From IMG/VR virus record IMGVR_UViG_3300037246_000452, positions 1 to 64,000 of that record: 64,000 bases of DNA. One strand, written 5' to 3'. The notes below the pieces were generated by a model. It had not been told where the DNA came from. It did not search any database and saw only the letters and a list, made by a program, of their open reading frames with translations. Source of the DNA: a virus. This document shows positions 8,633-17,169 of the stretch, one piece after another (position 1 is the stretch's first letter; each line of letters opens with the position of its first letter). The position numbers were made by a program, and so were the translations under genes.

Positions 8633-11023
8633 TCACGCAGCTTCCATGTACTCTGCATAATCAACCAGATCAGCGTAGTTGTCTCCTACCTCTGCATCCG
8701 TAATAAACTTAAGCTGGGGCGTCCAGTTGAACACCTCCTCCAATGGAAGATTCTCCATAATATCCTTCATTCTGGGTACCCACACGTCGATCATATCTTC
8801 TTTTACATAAGCTGTCAAGGAATCATGTGTCATTCCCCAAAATCTACAGCTGTCAGGCGTCCCATACTGCTCCTTAAATCGAGATAAGGACCAACATGAC
8901 AGGTCACTGAGGGCTGATTGTATTGGACTGTTTATGGCCTGTCTCTCTGCGCTGGAGCGTGTAAGACCATCCCTACTATTAATCAATGGCAGATGTCTAA
9001 TCCGTCCTAATGGTGACCGTACAAATCCCTGTAGTTTCGCATGAGTAATGTACTCCCTGTGGTAATCAATCAACTCTGGGTATAATTCAAAGAATCCATT
9101 CCGCTGCTGCTCTGCTTCCATCTCTGTCATGACTACACCATAAGTATCATAAGCAAATTCCTTATAGCCTTTTGCACTCATACCATAAATTAATCCGAAG
9201 TTACCGGCCTTCCCACCTTGCCTAATGACCTTCATGATCTTCTTATCACCCTCGTCTTTAGACTGCATCATCGCCAGTGCATCTTCAAACTCATACCCGT
9301 TCAGCATGGCACCTGTCTTTAGGTGTAGGTCAAATCCTGCTGCATAGGCTTCTATCATAGGTTTAGAATTAGCTACACAGGCAATTACTCTAAGCTCTCC
9401 CTGAGAGTAATCCCAGTTCACTATCTTGTATCCCGGTGGTGCTGTGTATCCACGTCTCAACTTATCAGCCCATTTGGTATGTTTTGGAATTGTTTGACAA
9501 GCTGGGTTTTTAAAGGATAGGCGGCCGGTTACCGTCCCTGACTCTCCTTCATCCCCTCCCACATCCCCTTTATATAGTACTGCGGTCGGGTGCAATCTAT
9601 TATCTGGCCTCAGGTGTTTCATGAATCCTACCACATAAGTACTTAGCGTTTTGGATGCTGAATTGTAAGCGTTATATTCGTCCATGAACGCCTTAGCCTC
9701 TGGGACATGGGTAAATAGTTTCATATGTTTTTTATTCGTCGAAGGTATTCTGTCCTTCATCGGCAATTTCTTAGTCTTGTCCGTCCACATCTGGGGTGTC
9801 AAGTTCAGGCCTTTCTTGGTAAACATAAACTCCTTAATAATTGCTGGCCTTGTCAGCTTGAGATTATCAGCATACTTTCCAGTTATCCGTCTTGGCATTT
9901 GCTTGAATGCAATCTTCTCTAGTCTCGCAAGTTCTTTCTCAAGCTCCTTCTGTAGCTTCATGTAGTATGGAACATCAAGAACAATCCCTTCTATCTCCAT
10001 ATCCTCGAAGGCTCTTCCTGCTGGATGTATCAGCCTTGTGTACAGGTTTACAAGTGCCCTGTCCTTAAGTAATTCCTTAGCAAATACATTCCTTACCCGT
10101 AGGCCAGCATCAGTATCCCCGCCAGCGTATGTAAGCAGATCATCCTTAGGCACCAAGTCCATCCTCGACTTATCGTGTGTGTTGTTGAAGTAGTCATCAT
10201 ACCCTCCCATATCTGTTGCTATTTTTGCGTGTGTATTTAGGCCATTCAGTCTGTTCTCATTTAACAGTGAGCCGACAATAGTACTGTCAAACTTAAAGTT
10301 GCTGCATGACATACCCCACTTAACCCTCTCCCATACCAAGTCATACTTGAGATTAGCCCCACACATCGATATATCTTGGCAGTTCATAAGCCAGTTAATC
10401 TGCTCATATAATTTATCACCTTTATTGGGTTGGTCGTCAAGCCCCTCGAAGTATACAAGGTCTGACTTCCCTTCTCTGTAACTGAATGATATTGATACAA
10501 TATGAGCACTCGGGTTAAACGATACAAGCCCTACTGTTTCAAGGTCAGTACAAACTGACACCCTCCCCTTACTCGATTTAATTCGTTCTTTAACCTTAGC
10601 AATCAACTCTGTGAAATCATCAACCCATCTATAGCTACCTACCTTGGGCTCTATACTGCCAGTATTACATTGCCTCATGGCCAGTCTTACATCAATGGTG
10701 AGGTCCACATAAGATGGATAATGTATCTCCGATATGCCGGGAGAATACGAGATCATCAAACCGCCTTGCTGGTACGGATGTATCTTGCTTCTCAAGGAAC
10801 CTGTCTTTCTACCCTTCGGTACAATACCAGCTTCTTGCAGTAATTCTAAGGGCTGACTTCCCAACGCAAAAAGAATATCCCCGGGATTTATGTCGGGGAT
10901 TTGGCCTTGCTGGAATGGTTGGATTGTGTAGCTGACACCTTGTTTGAGATACTTACCAAGGATACGATCTATTTCCTGTTTCTTACTCTTGCTCCAGATT
11001 CTTAGCAAATCATTACCTCCCAC
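8633..11023 (-). CDS. polA: family A DNA polymerase with 3'-5' exonuclease and degenerate UDG-like N-terminus
   Basis: Exo DLET/NLKYD/YAGGD; TGRLS; motif A DYSQGELR; motif B KAGNFGLIYG; motif C THDS. Confidence 0.95.
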   Translation of the reverse strand: MGGNDLLRIWSKSKKQEIDRILGKYLKQGVSYTIQPFQQGQIPDINPGDILFALGSQPLELLQEAGIVPKGRKTGSLRSKIHPYQQGGLMISYSPGISEIHYPSYVDLTIDVRLAMRQCNTGSIEPKVGSYRWVDDFTELIAKVKERIKSSKGRVSVCTDLETVGLVSFNPSAHIVSISFSYREGKSDLVYFEGLDDQPNKGDKLYEQINWLMNCQDISMCGANLKYDLVWERVKWGMSCSNFKFDSTIVGSLLNENRLNGLNTHAKIATDMGGYDDYFNNTHDKSRMDLVPKDDLLTYAGGDTDAGLRVRNVFAKELLKDRALVNLYTRLIHPAGRAFEDMEIEGIVLDVPYYMKLQKELEKELARLEKIAFKQMPRRITGKYADNLKLTRPAIIKEFMFTKKGLNLTPQMWTDKTKKLPMKDRIPSTNKKHMKLFTHVPEAKAFMDEYNAYNSASKTLSTYVVGFMKHLRPDNRLHPTAVLYKGDVGGDEGESGTVTGRLSFKNPACQTIPKHTKWADKLRRGYTAPPGYKIVNWDYSQGELRVIACVANSKPMIEAYAAGFDLHLKTGAMLNGYEFEDALAMMQSKDEGDKKIMKVIRQGGKAGNFGLIYGMSAKGYKEFAYDTYGVVMTEMEAEQQRNGFFELYPELIDYHREYITHAKLQGFVRSPLGRIRHLPLINSRDGLTRSSAERQAINSPIQSALSDLSCWSLSRFKEQYGTPDSCRFWGMTHDSLTAYVKEDMIDVWVPRMKDIMENLPLEEVFNWTPQLKFITDAEVGDNYADLVDYAEYMEAA

Positions 11024-11442
11024 TTCAATGTTAGGGTATCAAATTTAAACGACTGTACTATGCCTCTAGCAAAGCCCTTCATGACCGTCTGTATTTTCAT
11101 ATTGCTTGTACTGAAATTGTATCTGTTCTTCCTTGGTGCTGCTCCGCCTCCTAGCTTATCTATCACAAGGTTACCATCTATCAAGTGAAGAATAGTCACC
11201 TCGTTATTATTAGTATCATATTCGGACGTAATAATCAAGTACAAGTTACCTTTGACATGACATAGGATACCGCAACCTGCCTCATCTCCTTTAACTCCCC
11301 ACGCCCCCATGACCTGCATCTTAAAAGTCATTGCTGTGTTGGGCACCTGTATATTCACACTACCTGTCATGGTGGTAATGTTTCCTTCTTTGTAGCGTAA
11401 TTCTATTTGTAGCAAGTCAGCCAGCTTGAATATAGGCTCCAT
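11002..11442 (-). CDS. hypothetical protein
   Basis: ORF with SD GGAGG, in operon. Confidence 0.6.
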   Translation of the reverse strand: MEPIFKLADLLQIELRYKEGNITTMTGSVNIQVPNTAMTFKMQVMGAWGVKGDEAGCGILCHVKGNLYLIITSEYDTNNNEVTILHLIDGNLVIDKLGGGAAPRKNRYNFSTSNMKIQTVMKGFARGIVQSFKFDTLTLKWEVMIC

Positions 11443-11450
11443 CAGTCCTC

Positions 11451-11684
11451 CTACAATTTAAGTTCAGTGTATTGCATGTTACCGTTTACGAAACTGATAT
11501 CATACGTTGCTAAATATACTCCAATCCAAGAGCACCTAAATCTTCTAACATTCTTCGCAATAGCCTTACATTTCCAAACAATCTCCTCGCCACCAATACC
11601 GGGGAACATGTCTCCTTGCTTGAATTTCTGGTCTACATTTATCTCGTTGAACTGTGCCTCAGTCATATTAAACTCCTTGTCCAA
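11451..11684 (-). CDS. hypothetical protein
   Basis: ORF in operon. Confidence 0.5.
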   Translation of the reverse strand: MDKEFNMTEAQFNEINVDQKFKQGDMFPGIGGEEIVWKCKAIAKNVRRFRCSWIGVYLATYDISFVNGNMQYTELKL

Positions 11685-12933
11685 ATAGTTGATCTAACTG
11701 CGGCATTGGTGTGGTAAACGGTACACTCATTGAGGCAAGCAGTGCCCCTACCGATTTCTTTGCCAGTGCCTTATCCTCTGTTTGCAAATGCATGGAAGCA
11801 TATTTTCCATGTAGCTTAAAACCTGCTGCAACCAGTGATTCTGCGTGACTATCTATCGCCCCTTCCACCCTGAAGGATATAGCATTGTTCTTAAGTCTCA
11901 CCGCTGCCTTAAGTGTTGCACAGAGTCCTACTACATAATATATTGAATCGGGGGATGACCCTTTAACTCTCTGGTACAATGCAGTTGCGTCTACCAAGTC
12001 CAAGGGAATCGGATTAACTCCTATTGGACCTTTAGTCTTTGGGTTCCCGAAGTATACCTTACCATCTTTATTGGTGACCTTCCCCTCGACAACCTCACCT
12101 TGAGCGTTTATTTCAACTTCAGTTATAGGTTTGGCCTTCTTCAGTGAGTCAAAGGCAGTCTTCCCCCTAGGCCACACAATACCAGAGGCGTCTGTTACAT
12201 TTGGAGTTAACTTCTTAGCAGCCTGATACACGTCATCAAGGTCTTCCTTCTTGGGGGCTCCATGATACCCTAACTTAGCGGCACTGAGTACTGTCTCTTC
12301 AAGAAGCTTCTGAAATTCAAACTGAAAGGCTTCGTAGCTTTTTACTCCAAGAATTTGCTGCTCTATCAATGCAACCGTCCCAGCCTTATAAGTATAGCTC
12401 GTCAGGTGTGTTTTGTTGATACTGAATTTAGCAACCTCGGTCAGGAACTTAACCTCAATTCCTACTTCCTGAGCTTCTTTTATTATTAGGCTATCGACTC
12501 CCAACTTTTTTAGTACCTCATACCCATCCTTCTTTTTTGTAATCTTTAATGCCATTCCGTCCTCCTTGACTTGCCCTTTATGTACTGTTACAACTTTACC
12601 GGCAGGATACTTGAACTTATCCCCTCCAACCAGTACAGGATTAATCCCCATCATCATTTTATCAGTTTCTACCTGTAACTTCTTACCATACATATCCGCC
12701 ATAGCCTTTTCCATTTTCTGTATGTCTACATTATGAGCTAGGTCTGCGACAGCTGATTGTGTCATATAGTTGGGGGACTTTTTAAGGAATGATATCTTAG
12801 CCTCTCCCTTCTTAGGAATGAAGAACTTAGGTGCGGAAGTACCCTTAGCAGTCGATGTAACTTTTGCAAAGGTGCCATCAAAATTAAGAGTCGAGGATAT
12901 TTTAATCTCCCTATTTAAAAGCTTATCTTTCAT
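11668..12933 (-). CDS. hypothetical protein
   Basis: 421-aa Lys-rich ORF downstream of promoter at 12983-13011. Confidence 0.65.
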   Translation of the reverse strand: MKDKLLNREIKISSTLNFDGTFAKVTSTAKGTSAPKFFIPKKGEAKISFLKKSPNYMTQSAVADLAHNVDIQKMEKAMADMYGKKLQVETDKMMMGINPVLVGGDKFKYPAGKVVTVHKGQVKEDGMALKITKKKDGYEVLKKLGVDSLIIKEAQEVGIEVKFLTEVAKFSINKTHLTSYTYKAGTVALIEQQILGVKSYEAFQFEFQKLLEETVLSAAKLGYHGAPKKEDLDDVYQAAKKLTPNVTDASGIVWPRGKTAFDSLKKAKPITEVEINAQGEVVEGKVTNKDGKVYFGNPKTKGPIGVNPIPLDLVDATALYQRVKGSSPDSIYYVVGLCATLKAAVRLKNNAISFRVEGAIDSHAESLVAAGFKLHGKYASMHLQTEDKALAKKSVGALLASMSVPFTTPMPQLDQLFGQGV

Positions 12934-12982
12934 CTTCTTAAAGGCTAGTGCTTTGTTATGTTTTTTTTGTAATCATGCTGTA

Positions 12983-13011
12983 ATCATACCACGTTATTAT
13001 TGGTTTGTCAA
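12983..13011 (-). promoter_or_regulatory. sigma70-type promoter
   Basis: TTGACA-N17-TATGAT with TG extension. Confidence 0.7.
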
Positions 13012-13668
13012 GATTTTATTATCACCATGCAATTGTCCTGTAACTAGGACAGGTGACACTTTAATATCCTTCCCTGTCAGTTTGGGCTGATGTTTAATCA
13101 ACTTGGTCTGAATTGTGTATGTCTGTGTTGATGTTTGTTTCTTGACTCCCGAGTATGCTCCTTTAGTGGGTTGTACTTTTTTAATCCCCCACTCCTTATA
13201 CAGGAAATCAATCTGTGCTTTCGACTCAACCACCTTCTTACAGTAATTCTTTCTGACGTAGCTAATACTATCAACTTCCCCTGTCATATGGGTTACCAGT
13301 GCTGAGAAGAAAGTCCCGGTCCTTCCGTGCCCACCAATGCAACCGGCATGTACCTGCTTTCCTGCAATTAATTGCAATGCCGTCCATTTCACCAGATTCT
13401 CAAAATGCTTTGCGTTGCTTGGCGCCTTCATATCAACTATGTGGAAATGTATGTGCTCCCCTTCAATCCATGGAAACTGTCTAAAGGTCTGCTTCATACC
13501 TGAGTCGAACCCTATGAAAACCTCCACTCCTTTATCCGGTATTACGTTGCATGAACCCCCACTAATATAATGCGTTCCGTCCTTAGTAATGATTGGTAAT
13601 AATGGATGCGTTTCCCAACATCGTTTCCAACCACTTGTTACAGTCTTCATATCAAATGCTCCTGTCAT
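12997..13668 (-). CDS. CX5R (PTP/dual-specificity-like) phosphatase 1
   Basis: HAGCIGGHGRTG P-loop, IVDMKAP acid loop, VES..Q motif. Confidence 0.85.
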   Translation of the reverse strand: MTGAFDMKTVTSGWKRCWETHPLLPIITKDGTHYISGGSCNVIPDKGVEVFIGFDSGMKQTFRQFPWIEGEHIHFHIVDMKAPSNAKHFENLVKWTALQLIAGKQVHAGCIGGHGRTGTFFSALVTHMTGEVDSISYVRKNYCKKVVESKAQIDFLYKEWGIKKVQPTKGAYSGVKKQTSTQTYTIQTKLIKHQPKLTGKDIKVSPVLVTGQLHGDNKILTNQ

Positions 13669-14768
13669 GCCACCATCTCCCCAAAATCAAATACGGGTGC
13701 AGCAGTACCTAATATTGTACTTTTGTTTAACATCTGATTCACCTGCTTTCTATTAATCTTCTGAATTTTATCCTTCGGAGTCAACCACATCCATTCAATA
13801 TCTCCTTTAGATGTTTTACTGTAAGTGGTGATAGGCTTCTTCTCTGGATGATACTCTTTCTGCTTCGTTTTATGTCCGGGATACGTCTTGAGAGCCCCAA
13901 GGTCTTCAACTTTCTGCCAGCATATGGAATCGCTGAATTCGTTCCTAAGAATAGGCTCGATAGTCTCATGCAGTTGGTGACTTGTACTAAACATTTGACC
14001 TATGTAATAATTCCCAACTCTGGAATCTTTTATCAATTGCGGTATCTGCCCTGATCTTTGAATATCTAGGATAGTTTCAATCTGTGTTTTTTCATAACAC
14101 TTGAATAACATCCCCTTATTAAAGATCGGTCCATTATTATGGCATAGCGTAAAGGCCGTATCCACCATTGCCTCCATGGAGTATTCACCTATAACATACC
14201 TGTGGAGGCATTCTGCAACTTCTCCCCATGCCTTACCCCCGTAGCTAGAGGTATACTGTCCGGTATTGAATACCGCCACCATATGTTCCGTATATTTGCC
14301 TATGCCTGCATACAAGGGCTTATCCAACAACTTCTGGGCGGCCATGTCAGACTCCATCGGAGGAGTATTAAAAAAATCCCAGATAGTAATCCCGTAATCT
14401 TTTACAATACGCTCCTTCTGCTCCTCCTTATTCTTGCAGTGCCGACTCTCTCTGGTACATATCAGTAATAAGTAGAAAAACATGTACTTGGCGTATTCTG
14501 TATTATTCTTGAAATAGAGGTCTATAATCTTCATGAACTCTTGCTTGAGGGGTTCCTCAGGCAGAACTTGTAGTCTTATTTGGGCAAAGGCATGATTCAA
14601 CATATAGAAGTTGACGGCGTGCTCTTCTGGTGTAGCCTTTGTCTGTAGCTGATCTACGAAAGGTTTCATTACTTTGGTAATTGATGCAAGTTCGATCTTT
14701 GATATATCCCTCTTTGCTACTAAGGGTCTAGTCATCTGGTATGCTATTGTGTCTTTCTCTAATACCAC
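13665..14768 (-). CDS. hypothetical protein with YGGxxW / HNNG motifs
   Basis: Start re-assigned to GTG 14768 after AAGGAGG; motifs RESRH, YGGKAW, DTAFTLCHNNGPIFNKG look enzyme-like. Confidence 0.7.
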   Translation of the reverse strand: MVLEKDTIAYQMTRPLVAKRDISKIELASITKVMKPFVDQLQTKATPEEHAVNFYMLNHAFAQIRLQVLPEEPLKQEFMKIIDLYFKNNTEYAKYMFFYLLLICTRESRHCKNKEEQKERIVKDYGITIWDFFNTPPMESDMAAQKLLDKPLYAGIGKYTEHMVAVFNTGQYTSSYGGKAWGEVAECLHRYVIGEYSMEAMVDTAFTLCHNNGPIFNKGMLFKCYEKTQIETILDIQRSGQIPQLIKDSRVGNYYIGQMFSTSHQLHETIEPILRNEFSDSICWQKVEDLGALKTYPGHKTKQKEYHPEKKPITTYSKTSKGDIEWMWLTPKDKIQKINRKQVNQMLNKSTILGTAAPVFDFGEMVA

Positions 14769-14802
14769 ATTGCCCTCCTTGGCTGTGCAATTAATTTCAA
14801 AT

Positions 14803-14910
14803 TGGTGGAGGGGGTAGGACTCGAACTCTACAATTACCGACATCCTCTCGCTTTCGCTATGTCGTTTGCCCCGAAGGACTTTCAGCGTCTACCAATTCCG
14901 CCACCTCCGC
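14803..14910 (-). ncRNA. tRNA-like RNA with D-arm, T-arm and CCA but no anticodon arm
   Basis: GCGGAATTGGTAGACGC D-arm, GTTCGAGTCC T-loop, CCTCCACCA end; middle has UUCG and GAAA hairpins. Confidence 0.65.
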
Positions 14911-14929
14911 CATACTAAACTGAATAAAA

Positions 14930-14993
14930 TGGTGGGAGAAGGGGGCCGAGAATAGGTACCTCTCACAAGCCTACCCCGAACCCCATTCCACCC
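14930..14993 (-). ncRNA. CCA-terminated rod-like hairpin RNA
   Basis: Long G.U-rich stem with GTGA tetraloop ending CCCACCA followed by TTTT, like the true tRNAs. Confidence 0.5.
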
Positions 14994-14996
14994 AGC

Positions 14997-15482
14997 TTAC
15001 AGATATTTAATAAATGTAAGCATCTCTGTCAAATCAAACTCTTCTACAAATGCTTCCTGCTCAGGAGTTTCAACTGCTTCGGGCACGTATACATTTCTAA
15101 CATGCTCGATCACATCATACTCCGGGTGAATCAAGAAGTGCCCACCGTTCTCATTTGCATAACTGTGAACTGCCAGTCTATGCATAATGGCAAGGATTGT
15201 CCCAGTCCTACCTTGCCCTGCCGTGCAGCCGATGTAAATACGCTTACCATCCTTCATAAGCAATAACATTTGTGCTATTGCTGTGTTAAGGTCATCTTTA
15301 TCCGGCAAACAAAAATCTACAATGGGAAGATGTATCGTAGCATTACAACCTATCGGAACATCTTCAAGTAGACAAACACCGTGCGTTGCCTCGGGCTTTT
15401 TGGTGTATGGCCCTCCGTACATATCACCTTTGATATTACCGTTGTTGAATTTTACATGCCCTCTGCCTATCTTCTTACTCAT
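14997..15482 (-). CDS. CX5R (PTP/dual-specificity-like) phosphatase 2
   Basis: YIGCTAGQGRTG, PIVDFCLP, AVETPEQ. Confidence 0.85.
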   Translation of the reverse strand: MSKKIGRGHVKFNNGNIKGDMYGGPYTKKPEATHGVCLLEDVPIGCNATIHLPIVDFCLPDKDDLNTAIAQMLLLMKDGKRIYIGCTAGQGRTGTILAIMHRLAVHSYANENGGHFLIHPEYDVIEHVRNVYVPEAVETPEQEAFVEEFDLTEMLTFIKYL

Positions 15483-15523
15483 TTCACCCTCCTTGGTTTT
15501 ATGTTTTTGTTTATTATCCGTAT

Positions 15524-15552
15524 ATATTAACAGGTTTATTTTAGTTTGTCAA
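15524..15552 (-). promoter_or_regulatory. sigma70-type promoter
   Basis: TTGACA-N17-TAATAT. Confidence 0.65.
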
Positions 15553-15555
15553 GTT

Positions 15556-15906
15556 TTATTTACAATGGGGGCATCTTATGGATGCGGCTACTTCCCCTTC
15601 ATCATTGCATTGCTTACAGCCGGCTCCATCACAAAAAGTACATATGTCACTTACCTGTATTCTCTTTGTCCCAAAACAATGATTGCATAAATGCCCTAAG
15701 GCTCGTCCCGGTATCTTATGCTTCATGAGCCCTATCGCTACCACCTCCCTATTCTCAATCAGGAATACGAACTCATTGTACCGTCGATTAGCAAAAGTAT
15801 GGGTACATACGGCCGACTCCTTTAACATCTTTTGCAAATGCTTTCCTGTGACCATAGGAAGTAACATTGCTTTATCTTCCATCGCCCTCTCTGTGATCTT
15901 ATACAT
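15556..15906 (-). CDS. hypothetical protein with CxxCxG zinc-finger (DnaJ-like cysteine repeats)
   Basis: CNHCFG, CTFCDGAGCKQC, CPHC. Confidence 0.65.
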   Translation of the reverse strand: MYKITERAMEDKAMLLPMVTGKHLQKMLKESAVCTHTFANRRYNEFVFLIENREVVAIGLMKHKIPGRALGHLCNHCFGTKRIQVSDICTFCDGAGCKQCNDEGEVAASIRCPHCK

Positions 15907-16195
15907 ACTTCTTCTCCTTCATTGATTCTCTCAATATCTTAATACTTCTTGGCGCCTCTATGGCCACCCGGGCAACTTCCATCTTACCCTTAAGCCCACA
16001 GCTTATCATAACATTAGGGAATATTTCAGTTGCTTTCTTATCTGTTATAATCTTGTTCACACAAGGAAACTTCTTACCATAAGTATGAACCTTTACAACG
16101 AACTCCGTCTCTGACCTAATCTCAATAACTTCAAAGTACCCGTTATCAGATACCGCCACTTGCTCTCCCTTTGGTAACCCTAATACTAATGCCAT
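15899..16195 (-). CDS. CsrA/RsmA-like RNA-binding protein with internal insertion
   Basis: N-term MALVLGLPKGEQVAV resembles CsrA MLILTRRVGETLMI; C-term ARVAIEAPRSIKILRE resembles VRIGVNAPKEVSVHRE including the key Arg. Confidence 0.7.
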   Translation of the reverse strand: MALVLGLPKGEQVAVSDNGYFEVIEIRSETEFVVKVHTYGKKFPCVNKIITDKKATEIFPNVMISCGLKGKMEVARVAIEAPRSIKILRESMKEKKYV

Positions 16196-16204
16196 ATCAT
16201 CCTC

Positions 16205-16906
16205 CTAATTCAAAAGTTCATACATTGCTCGTTCCATAGTCACTGGCCTTGGTACTGGCTTGCACTGTTCATTTCCATAGTCTGCTATCATTTCTTGCAG
16301 ATCGTGGAAAGCTTCATCCCCTCCAATTACCTCATCAATAAACTTTTGGCTTACATTCTTATATCCTCCTGCCATCAGACAGGCAACCGTTTTAGCCTCT
16401 CCTGCAGATTGGAAGTACTCCTCAGCCTTTGAGGCCTCCATACGTATCTCAAACAATTCCTTAGGGATGCATAGGACTACCTCCCCATACATCTGAATGA
16501 GGCGTCTGTAGCAATCAAAGGTTGTCCTTGCCCCTATCCTGTTTATCCATTCCTGTACAGTGTCTTGCGTGATACCCACATTCAATATCGTATCCATCAT
16601 ACCCGGCATGCTGACAGGGGCTCCTGATCTAATCGATACAAGCGGCATGTACCCAAAGTAGTCTATAAGAGGATACATCTCATGTATAGCTTTTGTAGTC
16701 AAGTCTGTCAGGTAAGCATTTCTGGATGCACCCTGCAACTCTCTGTATCTATTACACATCTTTGTAGTCAATGTAAAACCGGGAGGGACTGGTAACCCTA
16801 TCCTTGCCATTTCAGCAAGGTTGGCACCCTTACCACCAAGCAGAGCTTTGTTCCCTACTGTTCCGTCTGTATCATTCTTTCCGAATCGGTATATTGCTTC
16901 ATCCAT
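16205..16906 (-). CDS. truncated pyruvate phosphate dikinase N-terminal (ATP-grasp) domain
   Basis: LLGGKGANLAEM..IGLPVPPGFT, PLVSIRSGAPVSMPGMMDTILNVG, DCYRRLIQMYG; similarity appears lost after about aa 160. Confidence 0.85.
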   Translation of the reverse strand: MDEAIYRFGKNDTDGTVGNKALLGGKGANLAEMARIGLPVPPGFTLTTKMCNRYRELQGASRNAYLTDLTTKAIHEMYPLIDYFGYMPLVSIRSGAPVSMPGMMDTILNVGITQDTVQEWINRIGARTTFDCYRRLIQMYGEVVLCIPKELFEIRMEASKAEEYFQSAGEAKTVACLMAGGYKNVSQKFIDEVIGGDEAFHDLQEMIADYGNEQCKPVPRPVTMERAMYELLN

Positions 16907-16948
16907 TGGCGCCCTCCTTGGCTGTGGTATTAATTAATTTATAAGTAA

Positions 16949-16977
16949 ATCTTAACAAATTGAAAAAGGTTTGTCAA
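16949..16977 (-). promoter_or_regulatory. sigma70-type promoter
   Basis: TTGACA-N17-TAAGAT. Confidence 0.7.
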
Positions 16978-16984
16978 GTAAAAA

Positions 16985-17061
16985 TGGCGCCCCTCAACGG
17001 ATTTGAACCGATGACCTCTGCACTGACAATGCATTGCTCTCCCAAACTGAGCTAGAGGGGC
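16985..17061 (-). tRNA. tRNA-Asp(GTC)
   Basis: Cloverleaf GCCCCTC/GAGGGGC, anticodon loop TT-GTC-AG, G73, encoded CCA. Confidence 0.92.
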
Positions 17062-17071
17062 ACTTATAAAA

Positions 17072-17149
17072 TGGTCTGGGGGGGAGGATTTGAACCTCCG
17101 TTTCCTACGTCCAAGGCAGGAGGGTTAAGCCAGACTACCCTACCCCCAG
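17072..17149 (-). tRNA. tRNA-Pro(TGG)
   Basis: Cloverleaf CTGGGGG/CCCCCAG, loop CT-TGG-AC, C1-G72, A73, encoded CCA. Confidence 0.92.
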
Positions 17150-17169
17150 ATAATTTGTATTCTCGTACC

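Noticed and set aside
14769-14843. Track start of ORF 13665 at 14843
   Set aside because: It overlaps the tRNA-like RNA; a GTG at 14768 follows a strong AAGGAGG.
14830-14890. Hammerhead-like string CTGAAA-GTCC-TTCG-GGGC-AAAC...GGTA inside the tRNA mimic
   Set aside because: It lacks both catalytic guanosines (G8 of CUGANGA and G12 of GAAA) and no stem I is evident.
14803-14910. Calling the element tRNA-Leu, tmRNA or YrlA Y RNA
   Set aside because: There is no anticodon arm; it is too short and lacks G3.U70 for tmRNA; arm order is not permuted as in YrlA, and no Ro60 gene is seen in the window.
16205-16906. Functional PPDK auxiliary metabolic gene
   Set aside because: Only 233 aa; the phospho-histidine and pyruvate-binding domains are absent, and no continuation is apparent in adjacent ORFs.
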